A program made the translations under genes and the position numbers. A DNA stretch of 58,521 nucleotides from a virus. Its lineage: Duplodnaviria > Caudoviricetes. Numbering within the stretch: position 1 is the stretch's first letter; every line of letters begins with the position of its first letter. Positions 58,199 to 58,521 of the stretch are shown one piece after another. The DNA lies in the IMG/VR virus record IMGVR_UViG_3300046167_000389, positions 1-58,521 of that record; one strand, given 5' to 3'. Under the pieces are notes generated by a model. That model saw nothing but the letters and a program-made list of their open reading frames with translations. It had not been told where the DNA came from and made no database searches.

Positions 58199-58521
58199 CA
58201 CAGATCTGTGGGGGTAGGGGGTGGCAGTCGCCCCGGTCGGCCCGACGATCAGAAAAATAGATTGATTTATGCCGATTTCTTTAAGTCATTGTTTTTATTA
58301 TATTTTTTATTAATCTATGACTGAATAGTTCACGGGCTGATCGTAATTTTAAAAGTAAAATCAATTGCTTAGATAAAACTGGCTCATAGAATACTGGCAG
58401 AATATGCAATTAATCAGAATATTGTGACAAAAAAGCACCAGCCGTGCCATCGATCCAGACCATCGTGCAGGGTGGCTGCTGGCTGACGATCACCAGACGC
58501 TGGGGCGGGAAGCGGCTTTGT
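58199..58521 (+). repeat. Right direct terminal repeat (323 bp)
   Basis: Matches 1-323 at about 96% identity. Confidence 0.9.

Overview
The window looks like an essentially complete ~58.2 kb linear genome of a temperate marine podovirus of the HMO-2011 type, infecting an alphaproteobacterial (probably roseobacter-like) host. It is bounded by 323-bp imperfect direct terminal repeats. The layout is: a leftward cluster of small early genes (0.6-5 kb); a rightward module with tyrosine integrase, thyX, an attP core (3' half of tRNA-Asn), primase, helicase, family A DNA polymerase with a DnaJ-like CxxCxGxG insert, nucleases and class II RNR (5.3-19.1 kb); and a leftward structural, lysis and packaging module (19.2-58 kb). 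Many conserved genes are split by single-base frameshifts, most likely long-read errors. The most striking unexplained feature is an apparent RNA-based control circuit. A sigma70 promoter plus intrinsic terminator at 19132-19238 defines a ~70-nt non-coding RNA that is antisense to a bipartite leader motif (CAACCAAC...GACCAAT) sitting on the ribosome-binding sites of at least eight early and replication genes. Two of those leaders are immediately preceded by type II hammerhead ribozyme folds. No CI-like repressor or phage RNA polymerase was recognised. All family assignments come from reading motifs by eye, not from database searches.
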